Positions 10,775 to 21,374 of a stretch of DNA of 64,000 nucleotides are shown here, in pieces. The DNA comes from an uncultured cyanobacterium. GTDB lineage: Bacteria > Cyanobacteriota > Cyanobacteriia > Cyanobacteriales > Nostocaceae. Every line of letters starts with the position of its first letter. Position 1 is the stretch's first letter. The position numbers and the translations under genes were made by a program. The notes beneath the pieces were generated by a model that worked only from the letters and a program-made list of their open reading frames with translations, did no database searches and was not told where the DNA came from. The stretch is from positions 128,001 to 192,000 of the forward strand of contig CAVUDP010000003.1 in the NCBI GenBank assembly GCA_963740315.1. Reading direction: 5' to 3'.

Positions 10775-10800
10775 TAATCTACGGTTTGTCGGTGGAGATA
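10775..10800 (-). promoter_or_regulatory. Candidate sulfur-regulon operator upstream of cysA
   Basis: 21/26 identical to 13735-13760; lies just downstream of a minus-strand TATGAT. Confidence 0.6.
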
Positions 10801-10863
10801 CCGTATTTTATATATATCATAGATAACGGTACTATTTTGGATTATTTAATTGTTATCTATAAA

Positions 10864-11709
10864 CTAAGAAACTTTTTTTGTCGCATGACCTGATTTATGT
10901 TCGAGAATCTCTTTGAGTACCAACGTTACTAATGCCAACATTGCTAAAATCACCGCAGCAGAAAATGCAGCTTCGGTTTGATACTGTTTGTAAGCATCTT
11001 CAATAAACAGAGGTAAACTCTGAGTTTCACCACCGATATTTCCCGATACCACGGAAACCGCACCAAATTCACCCATCGCTCTAGCATTAGTCAAAAGGAT
11101 GCCGTACAGCAAACCCCAACGGATATTGGGAACTGTGACACGCCAAAACAGTTGCCAGCCATTGGCACCAAGGATTTTTGCTGCTTCTTCTTGATCTTGA
11201 CCAATTTCATCTAATACCGGAATTACTTCCCGTGCGACAAAGGGCATACTTACAAAAGCTGTGGCTAAAACCATCCCTGGAATCGCAAAAATAATCTTGA
11301 TATTATGGTCTATTAACCAGCTACCAAACCAACTATTACGTCCGTAAAGTAATACAATCATTAACCCTGCAACTACAGGTGAAATAGAGAAAGGTAGGTC
11401 AATCAGGCTCAAAATAAAAGCTCTTCCAGGAATTTTTTTACGGGTAAGCACCCAAGCAATACAAAGACCAAATACCGTATTCACGGGTACAGTAATTAAT
11501 GCTATTACCAAAGTTAACCAAGCTGCGTGGAGAAAATTTGGTTCGATTAGGTTCGTTAAAAATGGTGCTACTCCATTTTTGAAAGCTTGGACAAATACGT
11601 TCGCTGCGGGAATATAGAGAACCAAAGATAAGTAAACAAGGGCAATTCCAATCAATACTTTCGGAACCCTGTTTTTTTTGCGATTGAGAAGGCGATTATT
11701 TCCAATCAT
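10864..11709 (-). CDS. cysW: Sulfate ABC transporter permease CysW
   Basis: [38 protein letters not shown]. Confidence 0.93.
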   Translation of the reverse strand: MIGNNRLLNRKKNRVPKVLIGIALVYLSLVLYIPAANVFVQAFKNGVAPFLTNLIEPNFLHAAWLTLVIALITVPVNTVFGLCIAWVLTRKKIPGRAFILSLIDLPFSISPVVAGLMIVLLYGRNSWFGSWLIDHNIKIIFAIPGMVLATAFVSMPFVAREVIPVLDEIGQDQEEAAKILGANGWQLFWRVTVPNIRWGLLYGILLTNARAMGEFGAVSVVSGNIGGETQSLPLFIEDAYKQYQTEAAFSAAVILAMLALVTLVLKEILEHKSGHATKKVS

Positions 11710-12568
11710 ATCTTCTGCCCCAAGCTTGTAAAAGGTTAATCAATAGCAACAGCACCAATGAAATGAGCAGCATCACTACACCAATAACCGTTGCACCGGA
11801 GTAGTCATACTGTTCCAAGCGCTGGAAAATTAAGATCGGTGCAATTAAATCAACAAACGGTGTATTTGAGGAAATAATTACTGTTGAACCAAATTCTCCT
11901 ACTGCACGGGAAAATCCCAATGCAACACCAGTCAAAATTGCAGGCAGCAAACAAGGTAAAATTACTCTCGTGAATGTCTGCAATTGACTCGCACCCAAAC
12001 TCCAAGCAACTTCCTCCATTTCCTTTTCCATTTCTTGAAGTACGGGTTGCACGGTTCGCACTACAAAGGAAAGGGAAATAAACGTCATGGCGATCGCAAC
12101 ACCAACACGGGTATAAGATATCTTGATTCCAAAAGGAGCAAACAGCCCGCCAATCCAACCATTTTCGCTATACACGGTAGCAAGAGTTAAGCCTGCTACT
12201 GCTGTCGGTAGGGCAAATGGTAAATCTATGGAAGCATCTACCAGCTTTTTCAAAGGAAAATCATACCGAACTATTACCCAAGCTAGTAGGGTTCCAAACA
12301 CGCCATTTATTGATGCACTCAGCAAAGCTGTAGTAAAAGTGACATCATAAGCTGAGAGGGCAATTGGACTAGTAGCAATTCTCCAGAAATCAGCGCTCGT
12401 TTCATTACTCGCTTTTAAAAACATGGCAGCTATTGGTACTAACAGCATGAGTGTTAAATACACAAAACTAATTCGCCATGCCCAACTGTTTCCAAGCAGT
12501 AGTTTGAGAAACTTCTTCCAAGCAGGCTGTCTAGTCCGATATCTTTGCCTGTGTGATGATACGCTCAT
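11696..12568 (-). CDS. cysT: Sulfate ABC transporter permease CysT
   Basis: [32 protein letters not shown]. Confidence 0.93.
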   Translation of the reverse strand: MSVSSHRQRYRTRQPAWKKFLKLLLGNSWAWRISFVYLTLMLLVPIAAMFLKASNETSADFWRIATSPIALSAYDVTFTTALLSASINGVFGTLLAWVIVRYDFPLKKLVDASIDLPFALPTAVAGLTLATVYSENGWIGGLFAPFGIKISYTRVGVAIAMTFISLSFVVRTVQPVLQEMEKEMEEVAWSLGASQLQTFTRVILPCLLPAILTGVALGFSRAVGEFGSTVIISSNTPFVDLIAPILIFQRLEQYDYSGATVIGVVMLLISLVLLLLINLLQAWGRRYDWK

Positions 12569-12571
12569 GAG

Positions 12572-13717
12572 TTACCTTTTCTTCTTGGCTTGAATTTGGT
12601 CGAAAACAGTTCCATCCTCGAAGAATTTCTTTTGAACTGCATCCCATCCACCAAATTCTTGAACGGTTGCCAAGGTTTTGACTGCGGGATACTTGTCTTT
12701 GACTTGTTTGGTTTGGGCTACGCTTTCATCTATAGGGCGGAATCCAACTTTGGCAAATTCCTGCTGGGCTTCTGGTGTAAACAAATATTTCACGAAAGCT
12801 TCGGCAACTTCGCGGTTTCCGTGCTTATCAACGTTCTTATCAACAACTGCAACTGGGTTATCGATGGAAATATTGATATCCGGAATCACATAAGATACCT
12901 TCTCACCTTTTTGCTGTGCCAAGATAATCTCGTTTTCGTAATTAATTAAGGCATCTCCCTGTTTCTGTTTGAAGAATACATCAGTTGCTTCGCGAGCATC
13001 TCTAGGCAAAATTGGTACATTGTTATAGGCTTTGGTGATAAATTCCGTCGCTTTTGCCTCCGAATCATTAGTTTTGATAGCAGAGTTCCACAACGCTAAA
13101 AAATTCCACCGAGCAACTCCAGAGGTTTTCGGGTCTGCGGTAATAAATTTGACTCCATCTTTAGTTAAATCTGACCAAGTTTTAATACCTTTGGGATTAC
13201 CTTCTCGCGTTACCAATGCTGCTACAGACTTAGAAACAGTCCCGTTGTTAGGTACTTCTTTTTCCCAACCAGCTTCAATTAATCCCGCTTTTTCAATCTT
13301 TTCAGTATCTAGTGCTAATGCCAAATGAACTATATCTGCTTCCAAACCATCGATCACCGCACGGGTTTGCGAACCCGAACCACCGTAACTAGTCTTGAAG
13401 GTAACATTTTGATTGTGTTCCTTTTTCCATTGTTCCGTAAACTTAGGAACGATCGCATCGTGAGCAGCTTTGGTGACTGCAAAGGAAACTAGGGTTAGTT
13501 GGACATCTTGACGGGTAGCAGCAACAGGGCTTGCATTCGGAATTGCATTACTATCGGCAATAGTCGAATTATTCCCATTTCCACCCGAACAAGCTGCGAT
13601 CGTAAAGCTTAAAACTGTTCCAACTAAAAATAACGATACAAAACTTTTTAACGAATTCAATTTCGCAGCTTTGTAAGGATTTACAAATTGCCGTAATTTT
13701 CCCAAATCATAGCCCAT
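12572..13717 (-). CDS. sbp: Sulfate ABC transporter substrate-binding lipoprotein
   Basis: Lipobox IAAC, SYGGSGSQTRAVIDGL.AD, NPK.IK.W.DL, PKTSG.ARWN, YENE. Confidence 0.93.
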   Translation of the reverse strand: MGYDLGKLRQFVNPYKAAKLNSLKSFVSLFLVGTVLSFTIAACSGGNGNNSTIADSNAIPNASPVAATRQDVQLTLVSFAVTKAAHDAIVPKFTEQWKKEHNQNVTFKTSYGGSGSQTRAVIDGLEADIVHLALALDTEKIEKAGLIEAGWEKEVPNNGTVSKSVAALVTREGNPKGIKTWSDLTKDGVKFITADPKTSGVARWNFLALWNSAIKTNDSEAKATEFITKAYNNVPILPRDAREATDVFFKQKQGDALINYENEIILAQQKGEKVSYVIPDINISIDNPVAVVDKNVDKHGNREVAEAFVKYLFTPEAQQEFAKVGFRPIDESVAQTKQVKDKYPAVKTLATVQEFGGWDAVQKKFFEDGTVFDQIQAKKKR

Positions 13718-13734
13718 GCTCCGCGTCTCCTTTT

Positions 13735-13760
13735 TAATCTACGGTTTCCCGATGGGGATT
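13735..13760 (-). promoter_or_regulatory. Candidate sulfur-regulon operator upstream of sbp
   Basis: Minus strand AATCCCCATCGGGAAACCGTAGATTA; shared with cysA and sir upstream regions. Confidence 0.6.
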
Positions 13761-13960
13761 TAGTACTTTTTAGTCATCGTCATAGATATTACATGGATGA
13801 ATATAAAAACACAATAGTCAATCTATTTTTTTTATAGGGAATATGTAGATTAGATTTTAGGGTGTGTTAAGGCACGAAAATTGCTGTTTTAGCCGTAACA
13901 CGTATATTTTTGGGTAATTAATTAGTAATCCTATAATTAATCCACACTCTATAAAACGAG

Positions 13961-14001
13961 ATAACCACTGATTATTAATGGGATAAATAATCAGTGGTTA
14001 T
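13961..14001. terminator. Inverted repeat downstream of the PG-binding gene, possible terminator
   Basis: ATAACCACTGATTATT...AATAATCAGTGGTTAT stem. Confidence 0.5.
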
Positions 14002-14051
14002 AGTGATTTACTTTGAGTTGTTGATATTAAGACCAATCAAAAAATCAAGCT

Positions 14052-14537
14052 TTATACAATAATAGATTTTAATTTAGCCCAAGTTTGATTTCCAACAATT
14101 CCATCTACGGTCAAATTATATTGTTTTTGAAAATCTATTACAGTATTTTTTGTTTCTTCGCCAAATATGCCATTAATTACTATAGAACCAATATCATTAA
14201 GAAAATAACGGCTTAATTCGTATTGTAGATATGTGACATCTGCACTTCTGCTACCAAGCTTTAGAGTAGAAAGGTCATTTATACTCTTCTGATAAGTTGC
14301 AGCATAATCTATGTATACCCAAGTGATGGGACCAATAATTCCATCTGCGCTCAAACTATTTTTCTTTTGATAAGCGATGACAGCTTGTTTTGTTTTTGCA
14401 CCAAATACACCATCAACTAATAGTTTAGGTTCGGCGACAGTAGCATTCAGAACTTTTTGTAAATCCTTTACATCTTCACCAGTGCTGCCTTCTTTGATAA
14501 AAGGACGAAAGTAGTTATTTCGAGTTGCTGTATTCAT
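14052..14537 (-). CDS. Protein with two peptidoglycan-binding (PG_binding_1) domains
   Basis: Twice GS.G.DV..LQ..L...DG.FG..T..AV..FQ....L..DGI.G..TW. Confidence 0.88.
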   Translation of the reverse strand: MNTATRNNYFRPFIKEGSTGEDVKDLQKVLNATVAEPKLLVDGVFGAKTKQAVIAYQKKNSLSADGIIGPITWVYIDYAATYQKSINDLSTLKLGSRSADVTYLQYELSRYFLNDIGSIVINGIFGEETKNTVIDFQKQYNLTVDGIVGNQTWAKLKSIIV

Positions 14538-14827
14538 GATTTTTTCCTAATTAAAAAAATAAATAACGGTTTATTTGTGGTTTTCAGTACGCGGTATGTT
14601 GCGTTGTCAGTATAAGTCTTCAAATCAAAAGTTTTGTTTACGGATTTTTAGCATAAAAAGTACCAAAATAAAATTTGTCATAAAGTGTCATAAACTAAAC
14701 CGCGATTATTACACGTATTTTTGAATAGATAGACGGATTTGCAATTGTCACACTGCAATACACTTTTAAATATGAGCTTGATTTAACTGCTCTAAACTAG
14801 AAGTAGTAACAAAAGCCATTAATTCTT

Positions 14828-15560
14828 ATGACGGCTGCAAAGAATTCTGAAGCGCTGGCTGAATCAACTGTACAAACAAACGGAACCAGAAAATATTATC
14901 ATTCCACCATGCGATTTGTGGAGTGATGAACCGCCTTTGGATGACTTACATCGCGAACAAATCGAGTTATTATTGGCTTGTCTCAAGTGGTTGTGGCGGG
15001 AACGTAATGATTATTACGCTACTGGTAATTTGACGATTTATTACAGCGAAGACCATATTACCATGCGGGATTTTAGAGGGCCAGATTTTTTTGTGGTGTT
15101 AGGTACCCAAAACCATCCCCGTCGCAGTTGGATGTTATGGGCGGAAGTTGGTAAATATCCGAATGTAATTGTGGAGTTGCTTTCCAACAGTACTCACAAA
15201 GTTGATAAAACGACGAAAAAAGAACTTTACCAAGATACCTTTCGCACCCCGGAATACTTTTGGTTTCATCCAGAAACTTTGGAATTCCAGGGTTTTCGTT
15301 TGATCTCTAGTAAATATCAACCGATAGAAGCGACGGATGAAGGATGGTTATGGAGCGAGCAGTTAGAGTTGTTTTTGGGAGTTAGCGATTCAAAGCTGAG
15401 GTATTTTACTCAAGATAAACAATTGGTTGTGACACCGGAAGAAAGAGCAATAATAGCACAGCAGCAACTTGAAGAAGAACGAAAACAAAAGGAAGCAGCA
15501 CAGCAACGAGTAGAAGAGTTACTGGCTAAGTTAAAAGATTTGGGTGTAGATGAGCAGTAA
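14828..15560 (+). pseudogene. Uma2-family protein with a +1 frameshift near 14872-14882 (or sequencing error)
   Basis: ATG at 14828 (MTAAKNSEALAESTVQ) is 88 nt from the body frame (TEPENIIIPPCDLWSDEPP...PDFFVV...P.VIVELLS). Confidence 0.65.
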
Positions 15561-15629
15561 GCAGTTAGCAGTGAGCAGTTATCAACTATCAACTATCAAC
15601 TAACAACTAACAACTAACAACTAACAACT
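15561..15629. repeat. Heptamer tandem repeats (CAACTAT/CAACTAA)
   Basis: Read directly. Confidence 0.8.
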
Positions 15630-15896
15630 TTAAGCGAAGAAAAATAATATCGCATTCAAACTGATTAAAACGGCTAAAAGTATGCCATTGATTATAAAAT
15701 CATGTTTGTGCTGTCTAAATTTTCTTTCAAATAAAGCGCCTCCCGTGGTAAATAAAAAACCTTTTACGGATTTAGGAACTTTGTCGTAATAAGGTTTATA
15801 GCGCAACAGATTTATTATTAGTTGGACGGTTCCGTAAAAGGTGATTGCGAAAAGCCCTAAACGGAAGATGCTGTATAAATTGAAATAGTTCTCCAT
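15630..15896 (-). CDS. Small two-TM hypothetical protein coupled to the DUF1232 gene
   Basis: TAATG stop/start overlap at 15896; two hydrophobic segments. Confidence 0.65.
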   Translation of the reverse strand: MENYFNLYSIFRLGLFAITFYGTVQLIINLLRYKPYYDKVPKSVKGFLFTTGGALFERKFRQHKHDFIINGILLAVLISLNAILFFFA

Positions 15897-16909
15897 TAGA
15901 TGTGTTTGAGGATTAATTTTACGGCGATCGCCAATATTGCAGCGATGATACTACCAGTTAATGTAATTCTGACGATGCGGTTATATTTCCGCACTTCGAT
16001 ATCGGCTAATTCTTCTGCAACTTCAATTCCTTTATTTGCCGATTGCTTGGCATATTTGCTTACCTCAACAGCTAAAGTAGAGACAACGGAAATAATTACC
16101 GCTGCATCATCTGTGAGTCCTAATACAGGAATTATATCGGGAATCGCATCGAAGGGAGATACAAGATAAAGCAAAGAACCGATCGCTAATGCTTTTGATG
16201 TCCAAGCAGCTTTGGGATCTACAACCATTTGGAATAATGATTGAATTTTGGGCCAAATTTCTTTAATTGGGCCGCGATTCATTGACGGTAATTTATCGGT
16301 AATTTTCTGAATATCTTTCTGAATATTCTGTGGTTTTACAGATTTGACCAGTTTATTAAATATATTCTTGATTTTATCGGAATTACTAGCGGTTTTTAAT
16401 CTTTCATCAACTTCTTCAATCGCTTCTTCTGTTTGAACTTGCTCTTTTTCTTTTTGAGTTAACTGACTAAATAGCTTTTTAATTTTATTTGAGGTAGTTT
16501 TGGAACTTGTTTTTACAGGTTGTTCGCTAACTACCTGCGCTTCAACCTCTTCAAAAGTAGTTTGAGTTAAAGATTGTGCGGGAACATCTTTATCTTTCTG
16601 GAATACATTTTGTATAATCGATTGCAATTTATTTTTTTTACGAGCTTTTTGATTAATTTCAGTTTCTAGCTCTTGATTAATTGGTTTGACATCTGCTGCA
16701 ACTTCTTTTTCTACTTCTACTGTTGCTGTAGCTTCTGTTTGCGAGTCTTTGCGGAACTTATTCCACATTTGTTTCATAAATCCCTTCTTGGCTTCCAAGG
16801 GTGTTTCATCTGCGGGTAATGGTTGGATATCTATAGTTGTTGGATTTTCTACTCGATCCGATTCCTGTTTCGACTTTCCAAAAAATCTATCCTTGATTCC
16901 CATAGCCAT
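15896..16909 (-). CDS. YkvA/DUF1232-domain protein with long charged N-terminal extension
   Basis: LLYLVSPFDAIPDIIPVLGLTDDAAV motif; start at ATG 16909 after GAGGTG. Confidence 0.8.
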   Translation of the reverse strand: MAMGIKDRFFGKSKQESDRVENPTTIDIQPLPADETPLEAKKGFMKQMWNKFRKDSQTEATATVEVEKEVAADVKPINQELETEINQKARKKNKLQSIIQNVFQKDKDVPAQSLTQTTFEEVEAQVVSEQPVKTSSKTTSNKIKKLFSQLTQKEKEQVQTEEAIEEVDERLKTASNSDKIKNIFNKLVKSVKPQNIQKDIQKITDKLPSMNRGPIKEIWPKIQSLFQMVVDPKAAWTSKALAIGSLLYLVSPFDAIPDIIPVLGLTDDAAVIISVVSTLAVEVSKYAKQSANKGIEVAEELADIEVRKYNRIVRITLTGSIIAAILAIAVKLILKHI

Positions 16910-17197
16910 CACCTCACTATCTGTGTCACTTACTAAATATAAGCAAATATTCTGCCACCATGCATCAAACAAAGTGAATGTAAATAAACTATTGTCACAA
17001 TCTGCAAAAATCTATCTAAAGTAAGAAGATATTTTGTTAATAAAGGAAATGTTCTTGTACCTCTGCTCAAAAGAATTAATTAGTTGAGAAGGAAGTAATT
17101 GTCCTGCTCGCCATAGCACGTTTTTGTATACGAGTGAAGAGTAGAAGTTGTATCGGATTTAAGCAAAAGCTAATAGTAGAATAAAGTACGGGTAAAA

Positions 17198-18061
17198 ATG
17201 TTTGGAAGGGAGGAAGGGAAATTGGACGAATTAAGAGCGGCGCTAGAGTTAGCTACTGAAGAAGAGTTGCAAGATTTAACTGCGATTCTATTTAGTCGTA
17301 GGTTTAATCCTTTGGATTACGTACAGACACCAGAACCTATAGAAGTTCAAAGTCAGAATCGTCAAGCTTGGTTGGATACGCTTGAGGAACGTTTTCGCTT
17401 TTTGGCTGCCGATGGAATGACGGTATTGCGGGGACGTACTCACCAGGTAACTTACCGCGAAGCTTTGGTTCAGGTATGCAAATATTTAAAAATTCCTTAT
17501 TCTGACAATTTGACAACTGTTGATTTAGAAGCTGAAGTGTTTTTGCATCTTTTAGGAAGAGTTTGGAAGAAATTACCTGCGGGAGAAAAAAGAAAGTTAA
17601 CCGAAAAAGTACAGGATTCCTTAATTACATCCGAAAAGGAACCGTTACCTCTTGCTTTACAAAAAGATCCCTTGGGCTTAATTTTTAAAGGTGGTAGTGC
17701 AATCGCTGTGACTTCGGTGATTAAACCAATGTTGCTCAGACAAATTACCAGTCAGTTTGCGACACATTTCGCTACTTATCAGCTAGCTAAAGAAACAGCA
17801 ATTGCAGGTGGAACTGCTGCTGCAAAACAGTTTCAAGGTTATGCAACTTCGCAAATAGCCCGTCGGGGTATGGCTGTGAGTGCAGCGCGTTATGGTGCAG
17901 TCAGAAGCGTATTTGCATTTGTTGGTCCGATGATGTGGGCTTGGTTTTTCGCCGATTTAGGATGGAGAGCGATCGCCACTAATTATGGTCGAATTATTCC
18001 CACTATTTTCGCTTTAGCTCAGATTCGTTTAACAAGGGCTGAATGTTGGGAAATGGCTTGA
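17198..18061 (+). CDS. YaaW-like conserved cyanobacterial protein
   Basis: LELATEEEL, RFNPLDY, RFRFLAADG, TNYGRIIP.IFALAQIRL; true start may be the TTG at 17222. Confidence 0.75.
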   Translation: MFGREEGKLDELRAALELATEEELQDLTAILFSRRFNPLDYVQTPEPIEVQSQNRQAWLDTLEERFRFLAADGMTVLRGRTHQVTYREALVQVCKYLKIPYSDNLTTVDLEAEVFLHLLGRVWKKLPAGEKRKLTEKVQDSLITSEKEPLPLALQKDPLGLIFKGGSAIAVTSVIKPMLLRQITSQFATHFATYQLAKETAIAGGTAAAKQFQGYATSQIARRGMAVSAARYGAVRSVFAFVGPMMWAWFFADLGWRAIATNYGRIIPTIFALAQIRLTRAECWEMA

Positions 18062-18227
18062 ATAGGGCATAGGAGATGGAGAAGAGTGGGGAGAGGGGGA
18101 AGAGGGGAAGAGGGGGAAGAGGGGGACAAGGAGATAAAAAAAATTTTAACCTTTAACCTTTAATATGCAGACCTTTGACCTTAATTACTCCTCAATCCAA
18201 AATCCAAAATCTAAAATCCAAAATCGA

Positions 18228-19625
18228 ATGACGAAAATTTTATGGTCTTATTTACGACATTCAGACCCTAAACTGCGATTTTCTTGGTATTGCTTGCAAT
18301 TAGGGCTATTAATATTACCTTTCTTTCCAGCTTTGGGTGCTGTAGGTTTATTCTTAAGCGGTTTAATTACTTTTAAGCAAGAATTTCGTAAAATAATCAA
18401 ACATCCCTTGTATCGGGGATTTATTTTTTTAAGTATATTTTTGGTAATTACCGCTGTTTTTGCTGCGGATAAAATAGCAGCTTTCCTTGGTTTATTTAAT
18501 TTATTACCTTTCTTTGCATTATTTATTGGTTGGAGTCGTTTAATTCAAACAACGGCGCAATTAAAACGCATATCCTGGATTTTAACGATAAGTTCCCTAC
18601 CAGTTGTCATTATCGGTATGGGAGAACTATTTCTAGGATGGCACACTTCTAAATTATGGAGTGCCATCTTCGGTTGGACGCTCGTAGCTGGAGGAAATCC
18701 CCCCAACCGTATGGCTTCTAGCTTCATCTACGCTAATGTTTTAGCTGGTTATCTAGTAATAGTTTTTATCTTAAATTTGGGTTTATGGTTGCAAGAATGG
18801 CGAAGAATTAGGACAAGGAGACTAGGAGACAAGGAGATAAGGAGACAAGGAGACAAAGAGACTAGGAGACAAGGAGACAAAATAATTTATTCTACCCCCT
18901 CTACCCCCTCTACCCCCTCCCCTCATCTCCCCATCCCCCCCTCTCCCTACCTCTTCCCCTTCCTCACCCTTACCGCGATCGCCAACTTTACGGGGTTAAT
19001 CTTAACCAACTCTCGCAATGCATGGGTAATTGCAATAGTTATTTGTTTGGCTTATGCTGTTTACCAAGGCTGGCGCTTGATTGTAGCGGTAGTAATGGGA
19101 GTTGCAACTAGCGTACTTTTGGCGGCTTTTGCTCCTTCACCAATTGCAGAGTTATTTCGTAGGGTTGTCCCTGCTTTCTTCTGGGCACGCTTCAATGACC
19201 AATTATACCCAGATAGACCTGTTGCTTTAATGCGGACAACTCAATGGAATTTTGCCTGGGATTTAACTATGCAGCGTCCTTGGACTGGTTGGGGTCTGCG
19301 TAATTTCTCGGACATTTATGAGGCTAAAATGAACCTGTGGTTAGGTCATCCCCATAATTTATTTTTGATGTTATCTGCTGAAACTGGACTCCCCGCAACG
19401 CTGTTATTTTACGGTTTGCTGGGTTGGGTATTTATTAAAGGAGTCAAATTACTGCGAGTTATTCCCCAGGAAGATAAATTAATCTTTTTCAGCTATTTAT
19501 TAGTGTTTTCCGGCTGGATACTTTTTAATACGGTGGATGTGACGCTGTTTGATTTTCGCTTAAATACGCTTTATTGGTTGATTTTGGGCGCGATTCATGG
19601 AATTAAGCGAGCAGTTAGCAGTTAG
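18228..19625 (+). CDS. O-antigen ligase (Wzy_C)-family membrane protein with in-frame repeat insertion
   Basis: Multi-TM; R..S.F..AN.LA.YL, T.SR.AW, RPW.GWG..NF, HPHNLFL....ETG. Confidence 0.85.
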   Translation: MTKILWSYLRHSDPKLRFSWYCLQLGLLILPFFPALGAVGLFLSGLITFKQEFRKIIKHPLYRGFIFLSIFLVITAVFAADKIAAFLGLFNLLPFFALFIGWSRLIQTTAQLKRISWILTISSLPVVIIGMGELFLGWHTSKLWSAIFGWTLVAGGNPPNRMASSFIYANVLAGYLVIVFILNLGLWLQEWRRIRTRRLGDKEIRRQGDKETRRQGDKIIYSTPSTPSTPSPHLPIPPSPYLFPFLTLTAIANFTGLILTNSRNAWVIAIVICLAYAVYQGWRLIVAVVMGVATSVLLAAFAPSPIAELFRRVVPAFFWARFNDQLYPDRPVALMRTTQWNFAWDLTMQRPWTGWGLRNFSDIYEAKMNLWLGHPHNLFLMLSAETGLPATLLFYGLLGWVFIKGVKLLRVIPQEDKLIFFSYLLVFSGWILFNTVDVTLFDFRLNTLYWLILGAIHGIKRAVSS

Positions 19626-20165
19626 CTTTTACCTTCACCCAATAAAAAATAGTTTGCGATCGCACAGATAAATTAGCAGCGATTGTCAGTCAGTATGCTC
19701 AATTGAAACAAAATAATCGAGCGGCAGAAAACTGCTAAAACCATCTGTGACGATTACAAACAACTCGATGCAGCGGTTGCGATCGCCATTTGGTACGCCT
19801 CGTTATAGTATTGCCAAATATCTTTTGGGTCTAAAGTTATAGGTAATTTTGATAAAATTCAACCGTAAGATAACGCAGTTTATTCAATTTTAACTATTCC
19901 ATCTTTTTAATTAAAACATCCCATTTGTGACAGATTTAAAAGAGTCTACTTAAATAATTATTCAATTTTATTTTGGAAACTTTTTTTGTATTTTTAAGTC
20001 TCATAATTGTTTTTTATTGTTAAAAAACATCATCAAAACTCAAATGATTTATATACGAGTATTTCCAGAGTTTGAGGTAGCAAATTAACAATTTACGCAA
20101 AATTATTTGGAACCTTTTAATTTGTTTTTCGACTATGAATGTAAAAGCACCCCATACTATATTAG

Positions 20166-20708
20166 GTGACTCTTATGAAACGCTTTATTAAATCCTGCCT
20201 CACAATTTCAGCATTATCTTCTTTATTAATTGCTCCAGCTGTTTTGTCTGCTGGTTCTGCTTCCGCACAGCCTAGAAGAAGTTGCGATCATACCTATGTT
20301 GGTGGTGGTCTTAGCGGTCAGGTAACAAATGGTGGACAGGATAACGATGCTGCTAATCTTGGTGGCAATATCCAAGGTAGTTTACCCGTACAAGGTACGC
20401 CAATCGACGTTAAGACCAAGGTTTTATGGAACAACGATGCAACCGCTATCAACCCTGAGATTGCAGTTGGTACATGTCTCAATTCCAAGACAAAGGTATA
20501 TGCTGCTGGTGGTTTTTCTTTCGTTGAGCAAGATGGTCAATCAACTCCTTTAGGTAACAAGGATTCAGTCACCGCAAGTATTGGTGTAGAGTCTGAGGTT
20601 AAGAAAGGCATTGTTGTTTACAGTAATGCAACTGTACCGTTCAATGGCTTCGACAATACCAGCGCTATGCCTGTTAACGTTGGTGGTGGTGTTGGTTTTA
20701 AGTTCTAA
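20166..20708 (+). CDS. Secreted small outer-membrane beta-barrel-like protein
   Basis: Signal peptide (ASA-Q), alternating strands, C-terminal GGGVGFKF. Confidence 0.7.
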   Translation: MTLMKRFIKSCLTISALSSLLIAPAVLSAGSASAQPRRSCDHTYVGGGLSGQVTNGGQDNDAANLGGNIQGSLPVQGTPIDVKTKVLWNNDATAINPEIAVGTCLNSKTKVYAAGGFSFVEQDGQSTPLGNKDSVTASIGVESEVKKGIVVYSNATVPFNGFDNTSAMPVNVGGGVGFKF

Positions 20709-20884
20709 GTAAATTAAAAGATTGCTAGAATTTTTCCACCGTAAAAACAACAGCTATTGCTATTAATTTAAGCTGGCAATATTACTGAAGTTCAAATGTA
20801 AATGACTTTTGGTTTTCATTTTTTGAGTATATTCTCAGAAACTATTATCTTTTACATTTTATTGAATGTAGCTGTATAGCTTTT

Positions 20885-20932
20885 AAAAAACTCAGTTTCT
20901 CGGCATATTTATCGAGAAGCTGGGTTTTTTTT
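20885..20932 (+). terminator. Intrinsic terminator-like hairpin
   Basis: CTCAGTTTCTCG...CGAGAAGCTGGG followed by a T run, preceded by an A run. Confidence 0.6.
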
Positions 20933-21080
20933 CTTTAAAAAAAAGGAGAGGGGGAAGATGGGGAAGAGGGGGAGAGGGGGAAGAGGGGGAGAGGGGGAAG
21001 AGGGGGAGGCAAGGGGATATTCTCACTGGTAACTGGTAACTGTTAAGTGTTGATGCGATCGCGAATGGGGCTTCCTACCG

Positions 21081-21130
21081 TGATAAAATTAAATTATTCC
21101 CCTTAATTCCGATCGGAATACCGGGAATAT
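21081..21130 (+). promoter_or_regulatory. Extended -10 box and candidate sulfur operator upstream of sir
   Basis: TGATAAAAT at 21081-21089, then AATTCCGATCGGAATACCGGGAATAT (17/26 to the sbp motif). Confidence 0.5.
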
Positions 21131-21374
21131 ACTTAGCCGATGGGATGCATCTTTATCAGTGACCAGTAGTCAGTAATCAGTGACCTGTAATTAGTAATAC
21201 CGATTAATCTGCTTGTTATAAACACCTTCAACTTTTTCCAAGATCGAATTTGGTATTACAGATGAAGGTGATATTTTATTCGGTGTTATTAAAACAGTAA
21301 TCGGTAATTGAAATACAGTACCCAGGGTGCCTCGGCAATGTAATAATGCCCTATCGAGAACACATACGACTGCA

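Noticed and set aside
14676..14695. TGTCATAAAG/TGTCATAAAC direct repeat as a PhoB/OmpR site
   Set aside because: 10-nt period, single occurrence, no supporting gene context
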